From contig NC_086108.1 of the NCBI RefSeq assembly GCF_963921235.1, positions 87,236,001 to 87,300,000 on the forward strand: a DNA stretch of 64,000 nucleotides, given 5' to 3'. Positions 24,534 to 36,935 of this stretch are shown piece by piece (within the stretch, counting starts at the first letter, position 1; each line of letters starts with the position of its first letter). The translations under genes and the position numbers were made by a program. The notes under the pieces are model-generated. The model was not told the DNA's origin. It saw only the letters and a list, made by a program, of their open reading frames with translations, and searched no databases. Source of the stretch: Mobula hypostoma. Taxonomy: Eukaryota.

Positions 24534-25969
24534 TATCATACACAGTGCACTGAGGTAGAATGTAATAAATTAGTAACAATGCAGAATAATGTGTAGCAGC
24601 TACTGTAAAAGTGTAGTGCAGGCAAGTAAGGTGCAAGTTCATAATAAAATAGATTGTAAAATCAAAAGTCCATCTTATCATACTAGAGAACCATTTAATA
24701 AGACCATAAGACATAGGAGCAGAAGTAGGCCATTTGGCCCATCGAGTTTGCTTGCCATTTCATCATGGCTAATCCATTTTCCCTCTCAGCCCTAATCTTC
24801 TGCCTTCTCTCTGTATCTCTTTATGCCCTGATAAGCAGGAACCTATCAATCTCTGCCTTAAATATACCCAATGACTTTGCCTTCACAGCCACCTGTGGCA
24901 ATGAATTCCTTAGATTCACCAATCTTTGGCTAAAGAAATTACTTCTCATCTCCATTCTAAAAGGACGCCCCTTTATTCTGAGGCTGTGACCTCTGGTCAT
25001 GGACTCTCCCACCATAGGAAACATCCTCTCCACATGAGGTCACTCCTCATTCTTCTGAATTCCAGTGAGTATAGGCTCAGAGCCATCAAATGCTCTTCAT
25101 ATGATAAGCCTTTTAATCTTGGAATCATTTTCATGAACCTCCTTTGAATCCTCTCCAATGTCAATACATCCTTTCTTAGATAAGGGACCCACAACTGCTC
25201 ACAATATTCTAAGTGAGACCTCAACAGTGCTTTATAAAGCCTCAACATTACATCCTTGCCTCTATATTCTAGTCCTCTTGAAATAAATGCTAACATCGCA
25301 TTTGTCTTCCTCACTACTGACTCAATCTGCAAATTAACCTTTAAGAAATCTTGCACAGGGACTTGCAAATCCCTTTGTATTTCAGATTTTTGTATTTTCT
25401 CTTCATTTAGAAAATATTCTACCCTTTCATTTCTTCTACCAAAGTGCATAACCATACACTTCCTGACCATCCACTATATTCCATCTGCCACATCTCCTAA
25501 TCTGTCTAAGTCCTTCTGTGGCCTCTCCACTTCCTCAAAATTACCTGCCCCTCCACCTATTTTCATATTGTCTGCAAACATGGCCACAAAGCCATCAATT
25601 CCATCATCCAAGTCATTAAAATATAACATAAAAAGAAGCGGTCCCATCAAAGACCCCTGTGGAACACCACTAGTCACCGGCAGCCAACCAGAAAAGACTC
25701 GCTTTATTCCCACTCTTTGCCTCCTGCTGATCAGCCACTGCTTTATCCATGCTAGTATCTTTCCTGTTATACCATGGGCTCATAGCATGTTAAGCAGCCT
25801 CATGTGTGGCACCTTCTTAAAGGCCTTCTGAAAATCCATGTACACAACATCCACTGATTCTCCTTTGCCTATCCTGCTTGCTATTTCTTCAAGGAATTCC
25901 AACAGATTTGTCAGGCAAGATTTTCCCTTGGGGAAGCTATGCTGACCACGGCATATTTCATCATGTACC

Positions 25970-26197
25970 TGAAGCACCTTCAATAATTCCAAAAGACTGA
26001 AGTAGGGTAAATACTGAAAGGCTTTTATTCGCTCTACAATACGACTTCCATGCTGAGTGTCTGCCCCCCGGACTGAGGGAGAGGGGCAAGGCGAAATCAC
26101 CTTTATTCAGGGACTGTGGGAGGAGCCACAGGGGCAGTCAGCAGAGGGGCGTGTCCAGACAGTTAACCCAGTTACAACATATATATGGTTTACCACA
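25970..26197 (-). mobile_element. Small solo LTR (228 bp)
   Basis: Minus strand TGTGGTAAACC...GTGCTTCA; AATAAA signals; 5-bp TSD GTACC/GTACT; interrupts the CR1 RT. Confidence 0.8.
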
Positions 26198-27254
26198 GTA
26201 CTGGAAAACTACATCCTTAGCAATTGACTCCAACATCTTCCCAATCACTGAGGTCAGACTTACTGGCCTATTGTTGCTTTTTGTCTGTCTCGCTTCCTTC
26301 TTGAAGAGTGCAGTGACATTTGTAATTTTCCATTCCTCTGAAACCCTGCCAGAATCAATTGATTCTTGAAAGATTATTATTAATGCCTCCATAATATCCC
26401 ATAAACTTGTTCAGAACCCTGTGGTGTACACCATCTGGCACAGGTGACTTATCCACCTTCAGACATTTTAGTTTGCCAAGAAACTTTCCCTTAGTAATGG
26501 CAACTTCCGACACTTCTGCCCGCAGACTTCTGGCATACTGCTGATGTCTTCGACACTGAAGACCATTACAAGATATTTAAGCATTTCAGCCCCCATTTCT
26601 TCATCCCCCCATTACAACCTCTGCAGCATTGTTTTCCAGTGGTCCACTATCCAATCTTACTTCTCTTTTACAATTTATATAACTGAAGAAATTTCTGGTA
26701 CCATCTTTAATATTATTGGCTAGCTTACTTTTGTGTTCCTTCTTTACCTTTTTGATGACTTTTTTTAGTTGCCTTTTGTTGGTTTTTAAAAGTTTCCCAA
26801 TCCTCTGACTTCCCACTAATTTTTGCTTTATTTTACACCTTCTCTCTTTGGCTTTTATGTTGGCTTTGACTTCTCTTGTTAGCCATGGTTGTGTCATCTT
26901 GCCTTTAGAATACTTATTTCTCTTTGTGATGAATTGCTTTCAGAAATTCCAGCCAATGACGCTCTTCCTTCATCCCTGCTGGTATTCTTTTCCAGTCAAA
27001 TTTGGCCAGCTCCTCTTTCGTGCCTCTGTAATTTCTTTTACTTCTCTGTAACACTGATACATCAGATTTTAGCTCTCCTTCTCAAATTGCAGGGTGAATT
27101 CTATCATATTATGAACACTCTCCCCAAAGGGTACCTTAACCTTACGTTCTGTAATCAAATCTGGTTCATTGAACAACACGCAATCCAGAATACTGATATT
27201 CTAGTGGGCTCATTCATGATCTGCTCTAAAAAGCCATCTCATAGGCACTCTAGA

Positions 27255-27654
27255 AACATAGAAACATAGAAAACCTACAGCACAATACAGGCTCCCCGGC
27301 CCAAAAAGTTGTGCCGAACATGTCCCTACCTTAGAAATTACTAGGCTTACCCATAGCCCTCTATTTTTCTAAGCTCCATGGACCTATCCAAAAGTCTCTT
27401 AAAAGACCCTATCGTATCTGCCTCCGCCACCGTTGCCGGCAGCCCATTCCACACATTCACCACTCTCTGCGTTAAACACTGAACTCTGACATCTCCTCTG
27501 TACCTACTCCCCAGCACCTTAAACCTGTGTCGTCTTGTGGCAACTATTTCAGCCCTGGGAAAAAAGCCTCTGACTATCCACACCATCAATGCCTCTCATC
27601 ATCTTGTACACCTCTATCAGGTCACCTCTCATCCTCCGTCGCTCCAAGGAAAGA
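27255..27654 (-). mobile_element. Young CR1 3' end nested in an older CR1
   Basis: (CATAGAAA)n tail; 12-bp TSD AGGCA(C/T)TCTAGA at 27243-27254 and 27655-27666. Confidence 0.9.
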
Positions 27655-28364
27655 AGGCATTCTAGATATTCCCCCTCTTGGAATCCAGCACCAGATTTTT
27701 CCAATCTACCTGCATATTGAAATCCCCCATGACTGTTGTAACATTACCTTTTGACATTCATTTTCTGTCTCCTTTTGTAAGTTGTAGGCCTCATTCTTAC
27801 TACCATTTGTGGGTCTGTATATAACTCCCATCAGGGTCTTTTTACCTTTGCAGTTCCTTAACTCTGATTCAACACCTTCCAATCCTATGTCACCTTTTCC
27901 TAATGATTTGATTTCAATTTTACCAACAGCCACACCACCCCTTCTCCTACCTACTTGTCCTTTCAATACAATGTGTATCCTTTGACGTTAAGCTCTCAGC
28001 TATAATCTTCTCTCAGCCACAATTGTGTTGCCCACAACGTCATACATGCCAATCTGTAACTGTGCTACAAGTTCATCCACCTTAGTCTGTATACTGCACG
28101 CATTCAAATATAATATCTTCAGTTTTCTATTCACCCTTTTCAATTTTATCTCTCTTTTACATTGAAACTCATCCTGTTGACTGCAGTTTTGCCCTATCAT
28201 CAGTCTCTTTGTGCTTGCAGTCTCACTACACACTTTCTCTTTTAGTAAACCAACTATCTCATCCCCAGCATGATCACTCCATTTCCCATTCCCCTGTCTA
28301 ATTTGCTGAAACCAACCTGAACAACTCGAACGAACCTGCCTACAAGTATATAATAGTTTTATAA

Positions 28365-28620
28365 CAGTGAAGAAGTTGACCTTTAGCCTGGTGGTATATG
28401 CTTTTAAGCCTTTGAATCTTCTGCCCAGTGGAAGAAGGAAGTAGAGATAAATATCCAGGGTAGAAGGAAACCTTGATTATACTGCTGCTTTACTGAGTCA
28501 GTGTGAGTCCACAGAGGGGAGGCTGGTTTCCATGATGTGCTGAGCTGTCTCCACAAGTCTTTGCAGTTGCCGTACAAGCTGTTATGCATCCAGACAGGAT
28601 ACTTTCTAAGGTAATTCTGC
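28365..28620 (-). mobile_element. Rex1-like fragment
   Basis: ESILSGCITA motif shared with the other Rex copies. Confidence 0.55.
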
Positions 28621-29939
28621 AATGAATAGAATTGAGCTCTAGGTCTTGTTTTACAGATGCTTTGAAATGGATGGAGACCAAGTGCTCATTATTGGCGAGG
28701 AATGCTGTTAGATAGGTTATTTTTCTTCTTGGCTGCTGAGATCCACATACTTCAATAACATGTCCAAATGCCATGATAATGATTGTCTTCTGCTGCAGTG
28801 TGTTTGCAGGTTTCCCGGGGTGGTGAAAGGCAATGCCCAACATTTAAAGCCTCCTTATCAAGAAAGCACCATAATGCAATGGTTCAGTACTGGACAATTA
28901 GCTTTGTGAGTTAGCTTCTCTCTCTCTTTTCTAAGTCCCACCCAGACCTGAGGAAACCTCTAGCCAGCACTCTAGTGCTGTAATGATGAATTGCTATATT
29001 GGTCAAGATACTGTCTTCCAGAGTGAGGTTCTTATTACCTGTTTGATTGTTAGCTGGGTGATTTGTCCAGCTAGAAACAATGGGCCAACAGCCACCCTCA
29101 GTGCTATGAATTTCTGTGATTTTATAATTCTAGGCTGTGAACACCGCAGAATGCACCGACTTCAGCAGCAATGACATAACCTATGAATTCTACCTCCTAG
29201 ATGGGCCAAAGCCACAGACACAGCTGATCAGTATAAGATGTGAGTTCCTCTCCACACATCATTCTGTCTCGGACGTATATTATCACCCCTTCATCAAATC
29301 CCACAACTCCCTACCTGATAGCACTGCGGAAATAATTCACACAGCAGTTCATGAAGGCAGTTCACCAGCAGTTTCTCAAGTGTAATCACAGGGAAATAAA
29401 TAGAAAATGTTGCCCTCGCCAGTCGCATCCACGTCCTATGAATGAAGAACTGAAGCTAAAGTTCCTAAAGATCATAATGAGAACACAGAACATTCAGCAT
29501 AGGAACAGGCTTTTCAGCCCAAGATGTTGTGCCAAACTCTCCTTTTTTTTTCTTTTTCTCAGTCTATTTATCATCATCCTGTCCTCCCTGCTTCCTCCCG
29601 TGGCTGATTACTTGTATAGTTGTCCGTTCGCGCTGTGCACGCTGCTGCTGTTTCTCCCGACACCGTTCACAAGGACACCTCTCTTTCGGCTTTGCTCAAA
29701 CATCACCCCTTCAAGTCCACGAGTTCAGCACTGCCATCACCTCTCAGGCCCGCGAGCTCAATACTGCCATCACCCTTCAAGTCTGCTTCGTGTCCATCCC
29801 CATTCCAAGTTTATCCTCCCTGGTCCTTCACATTTCTAGGTCTGCTTGACCAGCATCTTAGCGTATTCCTTTCAGATCCATTTGAGGGCATGGGATTTTC
29901 TTGACAACTTGTCCACCATCTCTCCACTGATACCAAAAG

Positions 29940-30200
29940 TAAGATTCAGATTTATTTATCACATGTACATTGAAGCATACAGCGAAATGTGTTCTTTGTG
30001 ATAAGGTTGTGCTGGGGACAGCCTGCAAATGTTGCCACACATTCCGGCACATGCCTACAGTGCTTGGCAGATCAGCACAAAACACAACAAGCAACAAAAC
30101 AACGGCAGCAAAATAAACCCCATCCTTCTCTCAACACACACAGACAGCCCTCCAAATCCAGGATAGGCCTCCAGTCTTTGTCCATTGGGCCACAACTTCT
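29940..30200 (-). mobile_element. Second copy of the 24197-24533 repeat
   Basis: TTCAGATTTATTTATCACATGTACATTGAAGCATACAGCGAAATG...GCCACACATTCCGGC. Confidence 0.65.
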
Positions 30201-30606
30201 GATTGAGCTGATTTTGCTTGTGGGGTCTGGCTGTATTGAAAATTGCACATACTGACTAGCCCATAGATACAATTGAAGTAATAGTTTGCAAGGCAGGGTC
30301 TTGAAATATGTTTGATATGATGAATGGAACTCCAATTTGGGCAGTGTTTCCATATGGAACAACAAGCTATGCGCCCAACAGTATATGGCATGTCTTTGAC
30401 CGTCAGACCCATGCACTGCAAATCAGAAGCCAAAAATAATTAAGAGGTCATATGTGCTGCCTGCTCCCCTGATAGGCTCACCTCAGGGTCTAGAACACAC
30501 TGAGCTCAGAGCATGGTTACTTTACGTGCAGCCTTTTATCTTTACGCCATTTATCCAACACAATCCACCCCAGAGACACCTTTTAATCCCAGACCAGAAG
30601 ATTTAT

Positions 30607-32948
30607 AGACAATAGACAATAGGTGCAGAAGTAGACCATTCGGCCCTTCGAGCCTGCACCGCCATTCTGAAATCATGGCTGATCATCTACTATCAATACC
30701 CAGTTCCTGCCTTGTCCCCATAACTCTTGATTCCCCTATCCATAAGATACCTATCTAGCTCCTTCTTGAAAGCATCCAGAGAATTGGCCTCCACTGCCTT
30801 CTGAGGCAGCGCGTTCCACACCTCCACAACTCTCTGGGAGAAGAAGTTCCTCCTCAACTCTGTCCTAAATGACCTACCCCTTATTCTTAAACCATGCCCT
30901 CTGGTACTGGACTCTCCCAGCGTCTGGAACATATTTCCTGCCTCTATCTTGTCCAATCCCTTAATAATCTTATATGTCTCAATCAGATCCCCCCTCAATC
31001 TCCTTAATTCCAGCGTGTACAAGCCCAGTCTCTCTAACCTCTCTGCGTAAGACAGTCCTGACATCCCAGGAATTAACCTAGTGAACCTCCTCCACAGCCA
31101 GGATGTCCTTCCTTAACCCTGGAGACCAAAACTGCACACAATACTCCAGGTGTGGTCTCACCAGGGCCCTGTACAAATGCAAAAGGATTTCCTTGCTCTT
31201 GTACTCAATTCCCTTTGTAATAAAGGCCAACATTCCAGTAGCCTTCTTCACTGCCTGCTGCACTTGCTCATTCACCTTCAGAGACTGATGAACAAGTACT
31301 CCTGGATCTCTTTGTATTTCACCCTTACCTAACTCCACACGGTTCAGATAATAATCTGCCTTCCTGTTCTTGCTCCCAAAGTGAATAACCTCACACTTAT
31401 TCACATTAAACGCCATCTGCCAAGTTTCTGCCCACTCACCCAGCCTATCCAAGTCACCTTGAATTCTCCTAACATCCTCATCACGTCACACTGCCACCCA
31501 GCTTAGTATCATCAGCAAACTTGTTGATGTTATTCACAACGCCTTCCTCTAAATCATTGATGTTCCTCTAAATCATTGATGTAAATCGTAAACAGCTGTG
31601 CTCCCAATACCGAGCCCTGTGGCACCCCACTAGTCACCACCTGCCATTCCGAGAAACACCCATTCACTGCCACCCTTTGCTTTCTATCTGCCAACCAGTT
31701 TTCTATCCATGTCAATATCCTCCCCCCAATGCCATGAGCTCTGATTTTACCCACCGAGCTCCTATGTGGTACCTTATCAAATGCCTTCTGAAAGTCAAGG
31801 TACACCACATCCACTGGATCTCTCGCATCTATCTTCCTGGTTACATCCTCGAAAAACTCCAATAGATTAGTCAAGCATGATTTGCCCTTGGTAAATCCAT
31901 GCTGGCTCGGCCCAATCCTATCACCGCTATCAAGATATGCCGCTATTTCATCTTTAATAATGGACTCTAGCATCTTCCCCACTACTGATGTTAGGCTAAC
32001 AGGGCGATAGTTCTCTGTTTTCTCCCTCCCTCCTTTCTTGAAAAGTAGGATAACATTAGCCATTCGCCAATCCTCAGGAACTGATCCTGAATCTAAAGAA
32101 CATTGGAAAATGATCACCAATGCATCCACAATTTCCAGAGCCACCTCCTTTAGTACCCTAGGATGCAGACCATCTGGACCTGGGGATTTGTTAGCCTTCA
32201 GTCCCATCAGTCTACTCATCACCGTTTCCTTCCTAATGGCAATCTGTTTCAGTTCCTCTGTTACCCTATGTCCTTGGCCCATCCATACATCTGGGAGATT
32301 GCTTGTGTCTTCCCTAGTGAAGACAGATCCAAAGTACTTACTAAATTCGTATGCCATTTCTCTGATTCCCATAACAATTTCTCCCAATTCATTCTTCAAG
32401 GGCCCAACATTGTTCTTAACTATCTTCCTTCTCTTCACATACTTAAAAAAAATTTTGCTATCCTCCTTTATATTCCTAGCCAGCTTGCCTTCATACTTCA
32501 TTTTTTCTCCCCGTATTGCCTTTTTAATTAAGTTCTGTTGCTCCTTAAAAATTTCCCAATCATCCGTCTTCCCACTGACCTTAGCTCTGTCATACTTCTT
32601 TTTTAATGCTATGCTATCTCTGACTTCCTTGTCAACCACTGTGGCCACTTTCCCCCCTTTGAATCCTTCCTTTTCCGGGGGATGAACTGATTTTGTACCT
32701 TGTGCATTATTCCCAAGAATACCTGCCATTGCTGTTCCACTGTCTTTTCTGCTAGGATATCTGACCAGTCAACTTTGGCCAGCTCCTCCCTCATGGCTCC
32801 ATAGTCTCCTTTGTTCAACAGCAATACTGACACTTCTGATCTGCCCTTATCCCTCTCCACTTGCAGATAAAAACTTATCATATTATGGTCACTACCTCCT
32901 AATGGCTCCTTTACTTCGAGATCACTTATCAAATCCTGTTCATTGCAC
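30607..32948 (-). mobile_element. CR1 LINE, 5'-truncated, young but frameshifted ORF2
   Basis: PLGGSDHNMI, KSPGPDGLHPRVLKE, NYRPVSLTSVVGKMLE, SGVPQGSVLG; (CAATAGA)n tail; 6-bp TSD ATTTAT; 19-bp tandem duplication at 31544-31581 breaks the RT. Confidence 0.95.
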
Positions 32949-33079
32949 ATTTATTATTAGAAAGTCCTGTAACTACACAGGGACTAGAACAAGTGAAATC
33001 AGCAAGCAGCATGCAGTCAGTACTATGAGAGACCTATAGCCGAAATCTAGGCAGAAAAGAACGGGGCTGGTTTTCCACT

Positions 33080-33460
33080 CATTCCTAATACCAGGATGAC
33101 ATCATATTGCAGCTGCACGATACATTGATTATACAGTTAGCCCCAGTTCTGGTCACCACTCTATTAAAATGATGCAGTAACACTAGAAACAGTGCAGTGA
33201 TATTCACCGGGGGTTATCTACAAAGGAGGGCTTGACTTGATAAAGAGAGATTGGATAAGGTAAGATTGTTTTCCCTGCAGTGAAGGGAGCTGAGCAGTGA
33301 CTTTATGGAGGTTTATAAATTCATGAGGGGCAGAGGTAAGATGGATGATCACAATCATTTTTTGGGGGGCAGGGAGCCTAAAACTAGGAGGCATAGGTTT
33401 ATGGTGAGAGGGGAAAGATTTAAAGAGGACCAGAAGGGCAAGTTTTTCACAAAGTGTCAT
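33080..33460 (+). mobile_element. CR1 3' fragment
   Basis: CAGTTCTGGTCACC; EVYKFMRG; TRRHRFMVRGERFK. Confidence 0.7.
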
Positions 33461-33465
33461 AGATA

Positions 33466-33492
33466 CAGTACCGTGCAAAATTCTTAGGCGCG

Positions 33493-33529
<37 letters not shown>

Positions 33530-34214
33530 GTAAGGGTTTCTTCTTTTATGTTACTGCTAAGGCTAATGAAAATGGCTTCTTTGTTATGTTAACTGCTGAG
33601 AAAGTGCTTCTCTTTCGCAGCTTGTTTGGGTTATATTATTGATAAGAGAAAGAACGAACCAATTGGGATAGATGTTATTCTTTCTTGTGTGTCTGTAAGC
33701 TATTGTGTTTCGCGGGCTTTGAGGGAGAAGGCGGATGGGGGCAGAGAGAGGAGACGCAATGCTGTAAGCTGGGCGGTGGGACGGACCCCGAGCGGGAGTC
33801 CGAGGCCCAGGGTCTTCGGCGAGGAGAGGAGATGAAGACAGACTCATGTGGTGCGTCTGGTCGGCCACTGTGGTTGGTCCCGGGCGGCGGGTCGAGGGGA
33901 TCGGAGGGGATCGAATGGTAGAAAGAAGACTCCGTCAATTGAGCTCCAACTGTTGTGCACGAAGTGGTTGAACTTTGATAAGTTTGGCGCCTTTTATATT
34001 TTATCTCTATTAATTACATAGTTCCAGTAAGATCTATAAAGTGTAATCATTTAATCGCATACGGTGTATTGTCTGTTATTTGGCGGGGTGGGGTACATCA
34101 CACAGCATCCACACAAACTTGATTACCCAGTTTGGCGGGGCCGAAGGCTGCTCCCCCCAGATGAAAGCGAGTTCAGCGAGCCTGAGCCTGAGGCTTACGG
34201 GGGTCTACACACAA

Positions 34215-34266
<52 letters not shown>

Positions 34267-34297
34267 CTAGGGAACCTAAGACTTCTGCACAGTGCTG
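33466..34297. mobile_element. Tc1/mariner-type MITE (about 150 bp without the nested LTR) with a microsatellite core
   Basis: TIRs CAGTACCGTGCAAAATTCTTAGG / CCTAAGACTTCTGCACAGTGCTG, both flanked by TA. Confidence 0.8.
33529..34209 (+). mobile_element. Solo LTR (681 bp), CpG-rich
   Basis: TGTA...TACA termini; sharp composition change inside the MITE microsatellite. Confidence 0.75.
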
Positions 34298-34639
34298 TAG
34301 TAAATTTACGTATTGCACTGTACTGCTGCAAAAAAAAAACTAATTTCCTGACATGTGAGTGATGATAAACCTGACAAATAGAGACCAAAAACAGGAAAAT
34401 GAGATTAACACAGAGGGGCACCTTGGGTGCAATGGACAGGTTGGGCTGGAGGGTCTGATTTTGTGTTCTAAGATTGCTATGTACTTTTGCTATGCAATAA
34501 AAGACACGATTCTGAAATGCTGTTATGCATCACATTTCCCTTTACAGAATACTAGGTGCTTATCCTCTTTAACGACATTGCATATACTTCTGAGCATGTC
34601 TGTTATCTTTGGCATGGCAAGAAAGAAAATCGTACAGCA

Positions 34640-35390
34640 TTAGATACATGCAATATGAAAACAGGCCCTTCGGCCTGACTCGTTCATGCCGGTGAGTTGC
34701 CCATCTGCCCCCATTTGGCCCATTGCCCTCTAGCCCTCTACTCTCCTAGATGGCTTTTAACTATTCCTAATGTGCTCACCTCAACCATTATCTCTGGCAA
34801 CTTATTCCAAATGCAACCTTTATGTGAAAAAGCTGCCTCTGATGTCTCTTTTAGATCTCTCACCTCTGATCCTAAACCTATACCTCTTGTTTTTAGTACC
34901 GCCTTCCAAGGTAAAACACTGTGTGTGCTCTCACACTGTCCCTGCAACTCATGATCATATATATCTTTGTCATGTCACCTCTCAATCTGCTACATTGCAG
35001 AAAATTAAGAGCAATCCCCCCTTGTTCTCCTTGTAACTAAGAGCCCCAAATGGAGGCAGTATCCTGGTAAACCTTTTCTGTACTCTTTCAGTTTTAGTAA
35101 TATTTTTCCTATAACAGGGTGATCAAAACTGCACACAGCCCTCCAAGTGTAGCCTCACAAATATCTTAGTCTATGTACAGTAACTGCAACATAACTTCCC
35201 AATTCCTATCCTCACTGCTCTGGCTGATGAAGACCAGAGTGCTAAATGACTTCTCATCGCCTTATCTACCTACGATAGGGCTTTCAGTGAACTGTGCACT
35301 AGCAGTCCTAGATCCTTGTATTCCATAACATTCCCCTGTGCCCAACCATTCACAGTATAAGTCCCACCCTGGTTTGATCTACCAAATGTA
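34640..35390 (-). mobile_element. CR1 3' portion, degraded
   Basis: AAACAGGCCCTTCGGCC end; GATCAAAACTGCACACAG (VQFW motif, antisense). Confidence 0.75.
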
Positions 35391-35429
35391 GCACTGCAGT
35401 ATTCTGTTTTTAGTGTGCATGCTCATCTT

Positions 35430-35600
35430 TCTGTTTGTTAATATGGTCTTCATTCTTTGGAAAGCTTCTTTCGCGATTGCTATTCTGTATTTGATATCTG
35501 TGTCACACCTTCTCATTATTTGTTATTAGGCTGCCAAGATATTTGAATTTGTTGACTTGTTTGATGTTTGTATTTCCGATCTTGATCACACATTGTGTAA
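35430..35600 (-). mobile_element. RTE-clade LINE RT fragment
   Basis: Minus strand IKIGNTNIKQVNKFKYLGS...CDTDIKYRIAIAKEAF. Confidence 0.65.
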
Positions 35601-35654
35601 GGAGCTACTCCTTGTAGCTCCTTACATTCCTAGACATTTCACTTGCCGGATCAG

Positions 35655-35900
35655 GCCATGATGCAACCAATCAGAATAATTTCAACGGCAGATCTGTAAA
35701 ATTTGTTAGACTGTTTGGCGACAAACCAAATCTCCTTAACTTTCTAAGAAAGTAAAGACGTTGGCACGCCTTCCTTGGGATCACCATTATGTGCTGGATC
35801 CAGCGCAGATCATCCAATATGTTAACACCCAGGAATTGAAAACTGCTAAACCTCTGCACCACCAATCCACTGGAAAATGCATGCCTTCCCCTCCCCTATG
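35655..35900 (-). mobile_element. Rex1-like fragment
   Basis: FQFLGVNI.DDL.W, KACQRLYFLRKLRRFG. Confidence 0.8.
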
Positions 35901-36394
35901 TAGGCAGTGGTGCTAACTTGTATTCCTTTTTAATGATCTGATTAGACCACACATGACTGAACTGCTGAAGACAAGTGCCCTTGATTCCTTCACATTTGCT
36001 GAGAGATCATGCTCTGATTGTGTGATGCTCACACTGAGAGTGCAAAAAGGCTGATTGCAGCTGTGATCAGTCATCATTTTTGCTGACAGATTAGCAGGCT
36101 CAGCGGTCATCTACTGGTAGAGCACTGTAATTCATAATCAGAGCTGGGCAATGCAAACCTCCTCCCTCTAAGTGGTTGAGCATCAAAGTAACTGGCTGTT
36201 GATTCTACAATGATTAGGACCACTGCAAGTCGTCAATGCAAAGACCATCAAGAGACCGTATTGCGTTCCCTTCACCTAAAGCAGATTAAATGGGCACAAG
36301 AGTTCAAGATGTTGATGCCCTAGTGAAAACCATATTGCTATCTATGAGCTCCTCTTCACAGAAGATGTAATGTAACAAAAAAGGGTTGTGCAAA

Positions 36395-36935
36395 TCGGAA
36401 TCGGAATTGGAATCAGGTTTATTATCACCGGCATGTGTCATGAAATTTGTTAGCAGCAGCAGTTCAATGCAATACATAACATAGAAGAAAAAGTAATTAA
36501 TTGATTAATTAATTAATTGGATAAATAGATTATGTATGTTGAATAGATTAAAAATCGTGCAAAAAAAACCCAGAAATAATATATTAAAAAAGTGAAGTAG
36601 TGTTCTAGGGTTCAATGATCATTTAGGAATCGGATGGCGGAGGGGAAGAAGCTGTTCATAAATCACTGAGTGTGTGTCTTCAGGCTTCTGTACCTCCTAC
36701 CGGATGGTAACAATGAGAAAAGGGCATACCCTGGGTGCTGGAGGTCCTTAACAATGGACGCTGCCTTCCTGAGACATTGCTCCTTGAAGATGTCCTGAGT
36801 ACTTTGTAGACTAGTACCCAAGATGGAACTGACTAGATTTACAACCCTCGGCAGCTTCTTTCGGTCCTGTGCAGTAGCCCCCCAATACCAGACAGTGATG
36901 CAGCCCATCAGAATGTTCTTCATGCTGTATCTACA
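36395..36935 (-). mobile_element. Rex1-like 3' end
   Basis: GCITVWY, LFSLLPSGRRYRSL; GGAATC/GGAATT repeat tail. Confidence 0.85.

Larger units (their letters stand above)
24701..28347 (-). mobile_element. CR1 LINE, near-full ORF2 (APE endonuclease + RT), decayed, with two nested insertions
   Basis: LYLNACSIQTKVDEL, GVIYRP, RPVSLTSVIGKMLE, SCLTNLLEF, SGVPQGS, FADN, FFSQRLVNL; tail (CATAAGAC) at 24701. Confidence 0.92.
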
